From Raillietiella orientalis (lineage: Eukaryota): 64,000 nucleotides of DNA. Below are positions 14,266 through 26,467 of this stretch, piece after piece; position 1 is the stretch's first letter; the number at the start of each line of letters is the position of its first letter. The stretch spans positions 310,001 to 374,000 of the forward strand of contig JAYWIR010000028.1 in the NCBI GenBank assembly GCA_036172245.1, written 5' to 3'. The translations under genes were made by a program, and so were the position numbers. Under the pieces are notes generated by a model, which saw nothing but the letters and a program-made list of their open reading frames with translations, did no database searches and was not told the origin of the DNA.

Positions 14266-14712
14266 TTTCACCCAGGTTTCGCCGGGGCGTTTATTATAAA
14301 AACAAACTTTAACAAAGACGTGCAGTGGCTGGACCAGTGCTCCAGCCACGCACGAAGAAACACAGAGCCTGCCGGGTCACCGGTTCGCAGACCGGTACGG
14401 TCCACCACGGCAGCAGGGGGAAGGGGGGATAAGCAAAAAAAACTACACAAAAAGAGAAGAAAAGGTGGGAGGGTACGGGAAGGTGATCACTGTAGCTGGT
14501 GGGGCCGTTGCATCCTTCGCAGGATGCCGGCAAGCTCTTTCTGAATTCCTGGATCCAGGTGGGGCCATCGCGACGCCCTCCTCGAAAATTCGGCTGCGCA
14601 TTGGACAGCACCCTTATCGCGTGGTCCTCCCTTTGCCTTGCTCCAAGCGGCAACGATCCCGCGAAGGCAGCACAGGGCTGCTAACGAGGCCGCAGGCCGA
14701 AGGGCGTCGGCA
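14266..14712 (-). mobile_element. 5'-truncated L1/Tx1-like LINE 3' end (copy A)
   Basis: Translates ADALRPAASLAALCCLRGIVAAWS...RRASRWPHL...LAGILRRMQ..Q*, homologous to the C-terminus of ORF 14949-15635. The 3'UTR ends AATAAACGCCCCGGCGAAACCTGGGTGAAAA. Confidence 0.75.
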
Positions 14713-14715
14713 AGG

Positions 14716-15680
14716 TTTTCACCCGGTCAAGCCGGGGCGTTTATTAAAAAAAACTTACAGTGCTTGCGGTACAAGCACTGTAAGTTTGGCCCAGGCCCCG
14801 CTGCGGCCAATAGTTCTATGGAGCTGTCGGGTGGTCGGTGCGCAGACCGACTTGACACTCCACGTCAGCGGATGGGGTTGGGGAAAAAACAAAAATAAAA
14901 AAAAAAGAAAAAGAAAATACACTTGTCATCTGGAGGGCCGGGAAGGGATCACTGTCCGTTGCGTGGAGCTTCCATCCTTTGCAGGATGCCGACGAGGTCC
15001 TGGTACAGATTTCCCAGTTGGGGCCATCGGGATGCTATCCGCAGAAAGCGAGCAGCAAACTCCATGGCATCCCTTTCGTTAACATCTTCTGCTTCGTCGG
15101 ATCCACTCCAAGCTGCCACAATACCGCGTACGCAGCAGAGAGCTGCTATTACAGCGGCTGGCTGCAGGGCGTCCCGCACGAAGAGGAGCCGAAAAACGTC
15201 TCTGGGAAGGCTACCATCCAGGATCCCTAAGGTGGAACCGAAGCGTTCCCACAGGGGCCGGAGGGCAGCACAGTCAACTAAAAGGTGCGGGAGGGTTTCC
15301 CGCTCCCCACACCTAACACAATTGGGGTTCACCGCTCCCCGGGTCCAGTGGTGTCGGCGGGAGTTGCAGGGGAGTCCCCAGTGCTGCAACAGGAGAGCCG
15401 ACTCCTGCCATTTTAAGGGGAGGGTGGAGGTGTTCAAAAGCACCGGGGGCCACTTCAGATGTTCAATGGGAACATCGAGCAGCGCACCCCAGCACAGAAG
15501 TCCATTGGGAGGCGTACTCGGGGTCGCAGCGTCTGTTAGCTGACCCGTCTTCCACTCTCCTATCTTCTTCTCCTTCCCGGAGATGGTTACTGTAACCTCC
15601 CACTTCGCCGCAACATCGCTGTCCAGATCTTCCATCAGGGAGGCCAGCGCAGCAGCGAGGGGGGGTGATCGGAAATTTCG
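14716..15680 (-). mobile_element. 5'-truncated L1/Tx1-like LINE 3' end with intact zf-RVT zinc knuckle (copy B)
   Basis: An open 228-aa frame contains QHWGLPCNSRRHHW...NPNCVRCGERETLPHLLVDC (CCHC motif of the L1/Tx1 ORF2 C-terminus). The 3'UTR ends AATAAACGCCCCGGCTTGACCGGGTGAAAA. Confidence 0.85.
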
Positions 15681-18449
15681 ACCATGTCAGCGGGGCATCG
15701 TTTACCACGACCGCATGGGTGACGCGCGGGGCGTGGTGAGCAGAAAGCAGAAAGCCTTTGAAGCGCCACAACGCATCCACTCTAAAAAACCGTCCTCCGC
15801 TTCGTCTTCTGCACACTCCCGCTGCTTCGGACTACCGATGACTTTTCTGTTTCCGGAATTTCCAGGACGGAGAAGTCTTTCGCTTCTGACACTGTCGGAA
15901 CTCCACGTATACAACCTCTTGAGAGGCTCGCATTTGCTATTTTGCTATCCTATGGTTCGTTTGAGAGAAAAAAAAAAAAAAAACAATCACATATGTGATG
16001 CGCGCTACGCATGTCTCCCCCCCATATGTCCACATACGCACACACGTATGCATCCACCTGCTTCTGCGAGTGAGTGCTTGCATTTACGCTGCGTTGCATC
16101 CACATGCACTTACACGCAAACTCCATTACATCTAAGCAAACTGCTTCCGCGGACCCAAAAGCTCCTCAATCTTCCTCTTCCCCCGTTTCAGAGACGCTCT
16201 TCCCTCCCTCGGATGGAATTTTCACACCTTCCGATGCTCATTTCACACACTTGCGGTCTGCATGTGCAGGCTTTTGCTAAAGTGTTTCCACTTGCTCACA
16301 AGATAAATTCACAACATGCTCGACGTGCTCACGAGCGCGCCTCATTTTCCTGGCGGAAGGTGCTTACACCGGAATGCCAAGTGGCTGATCTCTCACGCGA
16401 GGATGTTACGCCGGCAGGAGTGCTCGACGGTGGGAAAAGAGTTCATCAATTCTCTTTCCACGGCTTGGGACATTTCATTGTAACGCGCTGAGAAAGTTTC
16501 AGAGATCCGACGACACCTCTGTGATCGATTCACGCCCCGCGGATTTCGGATGCATCAGCCACTTCGCTGCATTCCTTGCACCCTTGTCCGCGATGATCTA
16601 CGGCCCTCCTTCACGATCTGCTGATCTGTAGTAGGAAAAGGGGGGAAGAACGGGGTTCCTGTCCGATCCTTCGTGCTCCCGCAACACGAAATTCCGTCGT
16701 TCGGGAGGCAGTCGCGCAGGTAACTCGACGGCGACTCGTCGGAAATTATGGAAGATGGGGAGACACGAGCTCCTCGTGTAAATCATCTCATCTGTCCACA
16801 TAGCGCTCATCTCCCCGTTCATCAGTGGAGGGGGCGAGTTCGTCCCCCTCGATCCTTGTTAGCCGAACGGCAACGGAGAGCGCGGATCCAGCAGCATGCC
16901 CGGCCGGGTCGGCTCCCGGCTCCTCCGACACCCCACGGGATGTCGTCGCGATCGATAACTTCGTCTTCAGGGTTTGGGCGATTGATTCATGTGCTTGTCA
17001 GGTCAAAGTGACACATCTTTTAATTCTGGGGTGTTTTCCGATAAGCACGAGCGCAACTTCCGTGGGTGGCTTTCGAACGCAGGTACGTTTGCTTTCGATA
17101 CACACACTTTATAATGAATGCTGATGACCATCAAAAAATAAATAACCATTCTCCAACGAGGAATCCAATCCCCTTTTGTTTTTTCCTGGCACCGAATTCG
17201 CATGCTTTTGCGAAACCACGCTTCGTTCGGGATTTACTGATTTCCCTAATCGCCAGAAATTTCCGACGTGAAGAGTTCCCTTTGCGATGAAAGCCTTCGT
17301 TTCACCTCCATGGGACGTCTGCAGTTACGTCCTCCGCCGCCCGAACCGCGGCATCCGTTTGTTCCGAGCCGATCTCCTCGAGGGATGAGGAAAGGAGAGC
17401 CCTGAAAATTTCCGAATCCCGCTTTGATACCGAGAAGCTGCTGCATCCATCCGAAAGACGACGTGAAGCAGGCGCGCTAATGTAACTAATGTAACGGTGC
17501 TCCGTGTTCTGCAGAGGCGTTCGAAAGCCTCCACTGGTGAATCTGGTCAGCTGTGATTCGGGATCATTTTGATCTTGCAATCAGCACTTGGGAAAGGGAT
17601 GTCCTGCGTCCGATGATTTTGATCTCAGCCAAAAGGCCGAGAAGCGATTACCGCGTACTGGCAGAGCAAATGATGATGATTCATGACTGTGAGCAAAGCC
17701 TCCTGGTTTCCATTTTTCTCCTCGTGTCCGCTCCATGGATTCCATTCATAACCGGGTGGAAACAAAAAGAGCACATCCCAAATCGAATCAATCTTATCAT
17801 CTTGTTCGATACTGTAACAAATGCTGTGTCAAAGCGGAAACTCGACGAACGTCTTCTCAGGACGTGTGCTTACGTGTTTTGACGTTTGGTTACCATGAGG
17901 ATGTGTGCAGGAATTCCAGGCTGGGGAGTGCCAAGAAAAGCTCACGCTTAAGCGTTCGTGCGAAAGTGAAAAAGGAAAATCCTCGCTCCCGTTTCAATCT
18001 TTTGCAGCACATTCCATTACCGTTTGTTTTTCAGCGAGAGGATCCACTCCTATTCCCTAACGCATTTGGCAACGCACGGGAAAGATCATCCTCACGAAAA
18101 TCCTAATGAAACGGAAGAAGCAGACCTCACAACAGTTTACGTCGTGAAGAAAATCGGTTCTCGGAACTTTCTTCAAAGAATCTGCACCTACAGTTTTTTA
18201 CAAAACACCTTTCTGAAAAAACAGTGCGAATCATGTCAGTGTAACACTAGATTCTTCCTCATCTCGAATTCAAACGAGCAATGCTGGACAACGGGAAGGA
18301 CCAGTGGGCAGGCGAAAATCTTCCGCAGGGTGGCCTCTTTTATTTAAGTAAGAATTCACTGCTATCGAACTGCTATTCTCTTTTGATGCGGATTCAATTC
18401 TTTTTCTACTCTTCAACACTTTATTTGCATGCTTGTATCAGTGTTCGAA

Positions 18450-20500
18450 GGAATCCTCGAAAAGGTCCGCTCGCAAGCTATCCTTGACGGTTGCTCGTTC
18501 TGGCTGTGACCCTCGACGAGCTCACCCATGGATAGGCAGCATCGCCTGTGGTGACTCGACTGACTTTCGCTCTGAAGCACCAGCTCCGGCGGGAGTCATC
18601 ATCGCTTGGTTTGACGACGACGCCAGCTCCCATTTTTCTTGTGTCGATCCCTTGAGGAAGTTCCACCAGGTAGTTACCAGATGTTGGCGATGGAGCCGGA
18701 ATCCCTCACCCCAAATTGAGGGCGCAAGTCAAGGATTCTTTGAGTGCCGGGAATCCCTTGCACATTCCGTCCACGCCTCTAGCTGCAAGCGCCGCTTGCA
18801 CAATCGGCCAACTAGCGTATATGAAACTATAGTCGGAGAACCGCAGGTGATCCTCGGTATGCAGGAAGTGGCTAGAGGCAAAACGTTATCCAACACAGGT
18901 CATGGCTTCACCCTGATCTGTATTCCAACTTCATTACAAAGAGGCATGACTGAAAGGACAATGCGCCCACAATATCCTCGGCTCTTACCAAGCATTCTTC
19001 GAAGCCACTTCATTCCACTTATCGGGGATCTAAGCGTGTGACCTAAAACCAGTCACTCATTCACTTCTGAGTCCACAAAGTTGGGCTTATTGGATTCAAG
19101 GATAGGGAGTGGGGATACGTGCTGAAGACAGAAGGAGTTTTACTCTTGTGGGGCACGTAAACTGAAGAACACTCAATCAAAGGAATCAAGAGAAGCCTCG
19201 CAAGAAATAGTGTTGTTCATGTGCAGTTGCCGCATTGGACACTTTCCCATTATCTACTCCCTTGATATCTTCAAAAATAACAGTGGCTGCCGAAACAGCG
19301 ATCGCTGACTTGTATTAAACTCTGAATGTTGGGGTGCAATCCCAGTTGGTTCGAGCTCCTTAGGTTTCTGTTTCTATTTTTCTCCCGTCCCATTCATTGC
19401 CATCCTGCCCCAGCTGTCAACCCGCGCGGTTTGCTTTCCTCATCCATGCTTCAGTGCACAAAAAATGTCTTTTAGTTAGAAACGAGATATCTTTCAGGGA
19501 TTGGTTTCAACTGAGGTCGGATTGCATTACATATCACACATCCAACCGGTGCCATATTTGAAATCCATCATGTTCTCTATCCTATGTATTTAGAGATATG
19601 TGTGTTTCATCCAAAAGATTCAGAACGAAGGTGTTACACAGCATTCCGGAAATACACGCGTCCTTCAAAGATCTCTTCTCCTAATCAATAGGTGAGTGAA
19701 CTTCCGGGTTGCGAATGTGACAGCTGATCTGCGCCTCGCTGGTAGCATCGTCAGCAGAGCAGCACCAACACGGCAGAGGGAGGAAAACCAGAAAGGATCC
19801 AATTTCAGACCGAGAATCAAGTAGGTGAGTAGCAGCACTGCGTTTGCAGACCGAAAGGAAGTGACGTGTGTTTTTCTGACTTGTGCTTCGACTCGGAATC
19901 AGGGAATCGCTTGCTACAAATGTCTTTCCCTCTCAATCCTGTATTCCTTTCTTCCGGACTGCTATTCAAATGAAAGGCTCCCACCTCACCGGTTCGCTGC
20001 CTGAACCATATGTAATGCAGAGAGCGTTCTCCCAATCGCAAATTTCATTAGCTCGCCAGACGCGAGCATCGGATGAAATCCGAAACGAGCAATGCTGACC
20101 ACCAGCTGACAACCGGTTCCCGGAAGTTCGAAACGAACCTGAGAACGGGGTTCTTCGACGGACACCTCGGCCAGCTACTACCGGAAGCGTCGCTGCCTTC
20201 ACGCTACACGTATCAACTACACTATTTCGAAACGGTCCAAGACGGGGAATTTTTTCGGAAACGACATCGGCCTATCTTGCACATTGCTGGCGTGCAAAAT
20301 TTCGACACTAACCAGGTCCGTTTCTTGCACCACCCCCCAACAACTGCAACCTCTGTGGAAACGTACTGGCCGGGGACCCTTTTCTGCACAGATGATTTTG
20401 ATCAGCTGAATATCGCCACTCTTCATCAGAGGCAGCTTTCACCCGCCTTGCAGGCTGGGGCAGAAGCCCGGTTGCGGCGAGTCCGACCGTTTTTCTCTTC
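18450..20500 (-). mobile_element. Decayed Ty3/gypsy LTR-retrotransposon pol remnant
   Basis: Frameshifted minus-strand peptides fall in the expected order: protease-like VDT near 20210 and integrase-like GIPAPSPTSGN / PAGAGASERK near 18560-18710. No LTRs were recognised. Confidence 0.35.
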
Positions 20501-21950
20501 ACCGTGCAGCAGCAGCAGCAGCAGCAGCAACACTTCAGCTTTCTCGAAGTCGAAAGGGAAGCCCACCAGAGGTTCCCACCTCTTCGACACGAATCAGCGT
20601 ACTTCGAAAGCCTCTCTCCCATCTTGTCCGTGTTCAGGGAACGATCGATGAATTCACGTCCACAGGCCGAAAAAGGCAAGCCGCCTGCAGAGACTCGCAG
20701 CTCGGCGTCTTAGACGAAAGTCTTAAGCACACCGATGCTTCTCTTGACGACCATTCCGGGCATGGTCATCTTTTCCGTGCAATAAGGTTGGCGGAAGGAA
20801 TCCGAAACGACCCCTCTCGCTGTATAAACAGATGTTTAATCTGCACCGGGTTCTCATTTTGTTTGCCTGGCTTTGGTCTTCTTGATCTCTCTCGGCACGA
20901 GGTTTAATTTGATCTTCATTTTGCACGAACATGTTTAGTTAATTGTGTGTTTGATCATCCTTGCATGCAGCCATGCACCGATATTACTTTTCATCTGCTC
21001 CGTGCCGCCCATGTTCCAGCCTCACTATTCCCGTTCCGTTCCCTTCAGATCCTTTCTCGTCTGCTGCAACTTCCTCGTCCGAAGTTTCCTCGGGTGCATC
21101 GCATCATACCATCTGCTACCAACCTTCTGCCGTCTGCCGGGCAGTGGGCAGAGAAGGCTCCGTTTCGTTTTGCTCAGGGGTTCGCAGTTTGCCAGAATAA
21201 GAATTTTTTTATCGGCGGGGAGTGGGGGGGGGGGACCAAAGAAAAAAAAAAAAAAAAAATACAGAAATTGAGGATTCGCCCGCCTTTTTTCCTTTTGTAC
21301 AAGTATGCATTTCAAGAAAACTTTATTCACATTTTCCAAGTATTCTTTAACATTAAGAAGAAATGGATTCTCATGGCACAAAACTACGCACATGCAGGTC
21401 ATCCTCGTGGATGGCATTCCCTTTTGGTTGGATTCTTCCGTTTCCACCACTCCACAGTGGCAAACAAAGGGGAAAACACTGAAAACGAAACGGCATCTTT
21501 CTATGCCAAAATTAGCAACGAGGCCGATGAAGTGATAACTGATCATCAATGACATGCTCGTAGTTTCTTTACAGTTTATGATAGTCTCTTCAAAAGCAGG
21601 CTTTTAAGAACATCAGCAAACCATTTACATAGTCAAAATCATGACAACTGAAAACTTAACATGAATAATGTAATTTCATTTTGTATATCACGTTGATTCT
21701 TCTTCGGTGAAACTTGACATGAAACAAATAAAATAGAAAATTCACAAAAGTCAAACAAATGCAAAAGCCTCTGAGCACATTCATGGTTCTTAAGTGTTTT
21801 ACACTTAAGGATATACAATGTGAAGGCGGCTATTTACTACTGTGTTTTGCAAGTAGAAATTTACTTGGTGGGCGCAGTTCCTATTACAATAATGGAACAC
21901 ACCTCTGGGAATAATAGCTTCAGTAATTCACAAGAAATGCTTGCATCTTC

Positions 21951-23581
21951 TCACAAAAAAGGTTCAATAATGTTCTCCACGAACCAAGCGTCAGTAAACC
22001 TTAAATGATCACCCTGCACACCTAGAAAATGAAGCTTCCCTTCAGACATCATCTGCTGCAGGCCAAGCTGATCCTGGGACAGATATTTGCATATGATATG
22101 GGGACTGAGGTTTTACCTTGATGTACAGCTCTGTTTCAGTTAGAGGAATCTCTTTGGTTCCATTTGGTGAATAAAATCCAAACCATTCACTTTCTTTGGG
22201 GATAACAACTGTATCATCAAGAAATTTCACCAAAACAATATTCTTTAGTTTTTGTAAATGCTTTTTATAGGTTACATTTATGAACTGGAAAAAGAACTAG
22301 TATACTTTTACTCACCTTATACTTTTACTTACTCTTTCATTATTTATATCTGCTAAAAAAACGCTGCTTTCTTTGTATGTGCTCTCATGGAGAGGATCAT
22401 GCCAATATTCAGCTGGAACCACATACTTTTGCACAACTCTGAAAGATATGAACAGCAATAGCAGTTGTTGATGATTTCAGTTGTTTAACGTCTGAAATGT
22501 AAGATTCGAAAAATGTTGAGAATTGCTTACTTTGTGTAAACACCCATACTAAGAAAACTTCTGGCCAGAGTGCAGATTAACTGGAAATGCTGACCACATC
22601 CTGGAAATCCAAAAACTCCTTGATGCTGTCCTCCGATGGAAATCAGATTTTGCATCGGTGGGTATGGACATCTTTGGGCCACTGCACGTCTGTTACAATT
22701 ATTGAAGATTGATGCAAAAATTCAGAATGTATCGGTGACAACACAAATGCTGTCCAAAATATGATCTTTCAACAACAAAAATGGGTGCATGCTTGAATAC
22801 TTGTAAAAAATAGTGTTAGAAAGTACTTATGTTCCTATTTGCACTGCAAAGGAATTCATCGAGTACTTGGGAAACAGAAATTTGGGTATGGTAAGCATTT
22901 AATTTCAATCTAAAAGTTTTTCAAGTGGTTGTAGGAATGGGCTGAAACGGAAAAGTAAACACGGCTGGAGTTTACACAAATTGTAGAAACATCATGGTGA
23001 ATTACAAAAAAGTGTGAATGCTTTGCATTATTTTTGTGTATGTGTGTGTGGGAAGCTTTTCAATTACTCAGCAGAATTCACATATGTACCATAAAAAACA
23101 TAAGGAAGTTTCACACTTACAAAAGCTGGGCACCTTGAGAAAAACCTATTCCATTATATCCCGCACTGAATTGAGAATTGCTTATTAAAAACTTGCAAAC
23201 TTCATTCACCTGCTCATTAGCATTCATGAAATAACTATTCACAACCTCCTTTCAAGACAACACGTTAAACACGCATGAAACATTGAATTGAGTAAATAGG
23301 AGGCATAATTTACTAGAAGTACTATTACCTCTTCAATATTGTTGCCGATTTTTAATGAATGCACAAATATCCCCGGTTTATGTCTCTCGATCAAATCCTT
23401 CATGCGACCCATGCTGAATGAGAAACAGCAGGTGTCTCCTGGACATGAGGTCACGATGAAGAACTGGCAAAAAACACACATCACACTCACCAATCCCATG
23501 CCAAAGAACGACGGGCAAAAGGGTGGACGTTCCCAGGACAAAACACGAACACAGAATCAGAAGCTTCTTGTCAAACATCAT
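21951..23581 (-). CDS. PPT1: Palmitoyl-protein thioesterase 1; exons 23491-23581, 23329-23438, 23121-23248, 22531-22689, 22333-22438, 22117-22284, 21951-22073
   Basis: The spliced frame gives a signal peptide, [22 protein letters not shown] (catalytic Ser), [49 protein letters not shown] (Asp) and GDHLRF (His). All introns are GT-AG and in phase. Confidence 0.95.
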
Positions 23582-23945
23582 TTAATCTTTCCCCGCGTTG
23601 ACCGGGACTGCCGTTGGCCACGGGAAGCTTCGGAGGGATTCCTTCGCAGTAACGGGGGAGACGGATCCATCCCGTTTCTTCCCCCTCCCTCCTCCTCCTC
23701 TCCCAGCTGGGTTTCGCTGGTTTCTTTCAACCCACCGACCCGAAAAAGAATGCATAGGACCACCTCTTGCAGCACTACGTACCTGACCGTGGAAAGTGGT
23801 TTATTTATGCCCAGCGTGGCCTTCAGCCAGGAAAATCTTTTTTTCCCCTACGGGACTACGGAGGAATCCTACCTCTGAAACAAAAAAAGAAAGAAAAAGG
23901 ACATGCCATTGATCAGGGTAACAGGATCTGTTGAGGATAGGAAAG

Positions 23946-24038
23946 AGAGGAGAAGGACACGCAGCGTTCATCCATAGGAATGTTGAGGAAAGGAAGGACG
24001 AAGAGGAGAAGGACACGCAGCGTTCATCCATAGGAATG
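23946..24038. repeat. Two perfect 37-bp direct repeats (23946-23982, 24002-24038) upstream of PPT1
   Basis: AGAGGAGAAGGACACGCAGCGTTCATCCATAGGAATG occurs twice with a 56-bp period. Confidence 0.9.
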
Positions 24039-24652
24039 GAATCGTTACTACAGTGTCAAATGCTCTTCGTTACAAGAAACGAACAAATCTGTACCCAACC
24101 GCCACATCCTCATCTGATTGCCACGATGATGCAACCGAAGTGATTTCGTTGTTCAGAAACATCGAGCTTTGCCTCCTGCAGATTCCAGGACCCAGTCTGC
24201 CATTTCCGAACGATGCCGTTTGGAGGCGACAGTCCTTTCATCCCCAGAGCGTGGCGACGGGATGAAAACACTTTGCATCTGATTTTCACGTGGTTTCACG
24301 GACTCGTGGATGCCGTCCGTCGAGTTTTTCCGTGTACCCGTGAGATCCCCTGGAGATATCACTTCCTGTGGCAATGTGTGTTGCATGCCGTCTCTTACGA
24401 GAGCCATGGCAACGAAATGCGTCGCGAGACGTGTTATCAAACAGGGCGGGTTCCCTGGAAACACTGGTTTTGTAACTTGACGATTGTAGCCGATGCTAAA
24501 TGCTAATGGAAAAGCAACTAATGGAAGGGTTTCATTTAAACTGTGATTGGAGTTTGCGTTGCTCTTAGCTAGTGGGTGCCAGTTCATCGTCTAGGTGATT
24601 CTCTCCCATCCGATAAATTTCGTTCCAATATCTGTGGGTGCCTGATACTTCG

Positions 24653-24689
24653 AGGGCTGTAAAGGACTTCATTGGTCCTTTACAGTCCT
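24653..24689. repeat. 15-bp-stem hairpin
   Basis: AGGGCTGTAAAGGAC-TTCATTG-GTCCTTTACAGTCCT, with one G:T pair. Confidence 0.85.
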
Positions 24690-26467
24690 TGGAGATTTTT
24701 ACGAGATTTAGATAATTTTATGTCTCACTATTTTCATTCATGCATTTAATGAGCTCCTATGATACTTAATCCCATAATATGATGCCTGCAACTGATGGAA
24801 TTTAATGATTCTCTGGTTTGAGAGGTGTGGATGAGGGTAACCATGGAAATAAAATAAGCAGTTTAGATTGTAGAGTTTCCTATCAGTGAGGTTGCTTGGA
24901 TTACGAATCCATAATGAAACCGGCATCAGTGATGATCACCTATTTGTCCATTTAATCACTAGGGTATGCGCTTTTGAGACTGTATACAAAAAGGTCTAAT
25001 GAGACATTGTTTATAGACAAGATAAATGTATTTGATGTAAGACCGCTGTATACGGATCCAACGAAAGATCTATCTGTAGGTGACACTAGTGAGTAGATGG
25101 GTGTCTTTATTTCTTAGACAATCATTTTTCATCATATTTCCTATGAAAAACCCACGGCAGAAAGCTTCGTCCTGGATTTAGAAATGACAGCATCATATTA
25201 GGAGCAGAGAACGTAAGCAGATATTCTTTCGTGTGTATTTTTCCTATGACTCTGCAATGCACTTTGATGCTAATGGTAAGCGAAATGAAAGTTGTCTTTG
25301 ATGGCACGTGAAATGATATTCTCGAGAGATGAGAAAAGAAAAATGGTTTCTGGGGCAAGGAATGCAATGGCGTCATGACGACGAGGAGCAAAAGCGCTCC
25401 GGACCAGCTCTCCTTCCCGAAACCTGCATAAGGCACTGTGGCGCGAAGAACAGTGCGATGTGGAGGTGTTGGCCGGCGGTCACCATGGTGAACTGGACAC
25501 GGGCGCATGACGCATGCCCGCGTTTACGCATCCGAGAGGATGCGATCGATTTCAGTACTGACGTTTGCAGTCTGCCATCGGCGCTGGCTTCCCTCTCTTC
25601 AGGACTGGAGAACGAGGGGACGATCCAAAAGGGTCCGTGAACGTGGAGCTCCCGGCTACTTTTTTACGCTCGGCCCGAGCTGCTTCAAGCATGTTCTAGA
25701 AGTCCTCGGAAATCAGGGGTCATTGTGTCTGTTCTTCAAAAGAACTCGGAGCAGGGAGGCTGGGAAACTGGGGCAGAGAGAGAGGAAGGAGACCAGCACG
25801 TTCCAGAAGTTCGGAAAGTTCCAGTTTCCGGCAATGGGCTGCCGACATCGCTGTGGCCTCCCTTCCCCTCCCAATGCCCGTATCCCCGTCCCCCTGCCTT
25901 TTTTCCGGCTCTTTCCCACCTTCTGCAGGGCGAGAAGACAGCCCAGCACTTTTCCGGGCATCCAATCGATGGATCGCCCGACGACGACTCCATCGATCGC
26001 AGTGGAAGCTCTCTCGCGTACCCTACGCCCCATGCATAATTGATCTTGTCTTAGTAGCACTGCTGGGCTTCCTGGAGGAGCGCCGCGCGGCGTCCCAGTC
26101 CCTCCGCGCTCGCACGTTGCGTGTGACACGCTGTGGCGGCTTCCCTGTCTGGATCCGCGCTCCTACGATGCAGTGAGTCCGGCAAGAGTTGGGAGCGTCT
26201 GCTTGGCTCCAGGAGGACGTCCCTCACGTTTCCGCGCTCCCTCAACTCCGCCATCCTGCTCCAGCCCCCCCTCTGCACCCCAAGAGAATTCAAGGCCCCC
26301 CGCGCTCCCTCCTCGGGTTCGGGTGGTGAGGAAACATCTGCTCCTGCGTGAGTACTCATGCACCCCCAAATGTGCTGCAATGATTCCCGTCTTCCCCCTT
26401 CCGGCGTCGCTGTCCGGTCACAGCCGCCGCGTTTCCCTGAAGGGGGGGAGGAGGAAGAGGAGAAGGG

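Noticed and set aside
23946..24038. CRISPR-like repeat-spacer-repeat
   Set aside because: Only two units with a 19-nt spacer, in a eukaryotic context with no cas genes.
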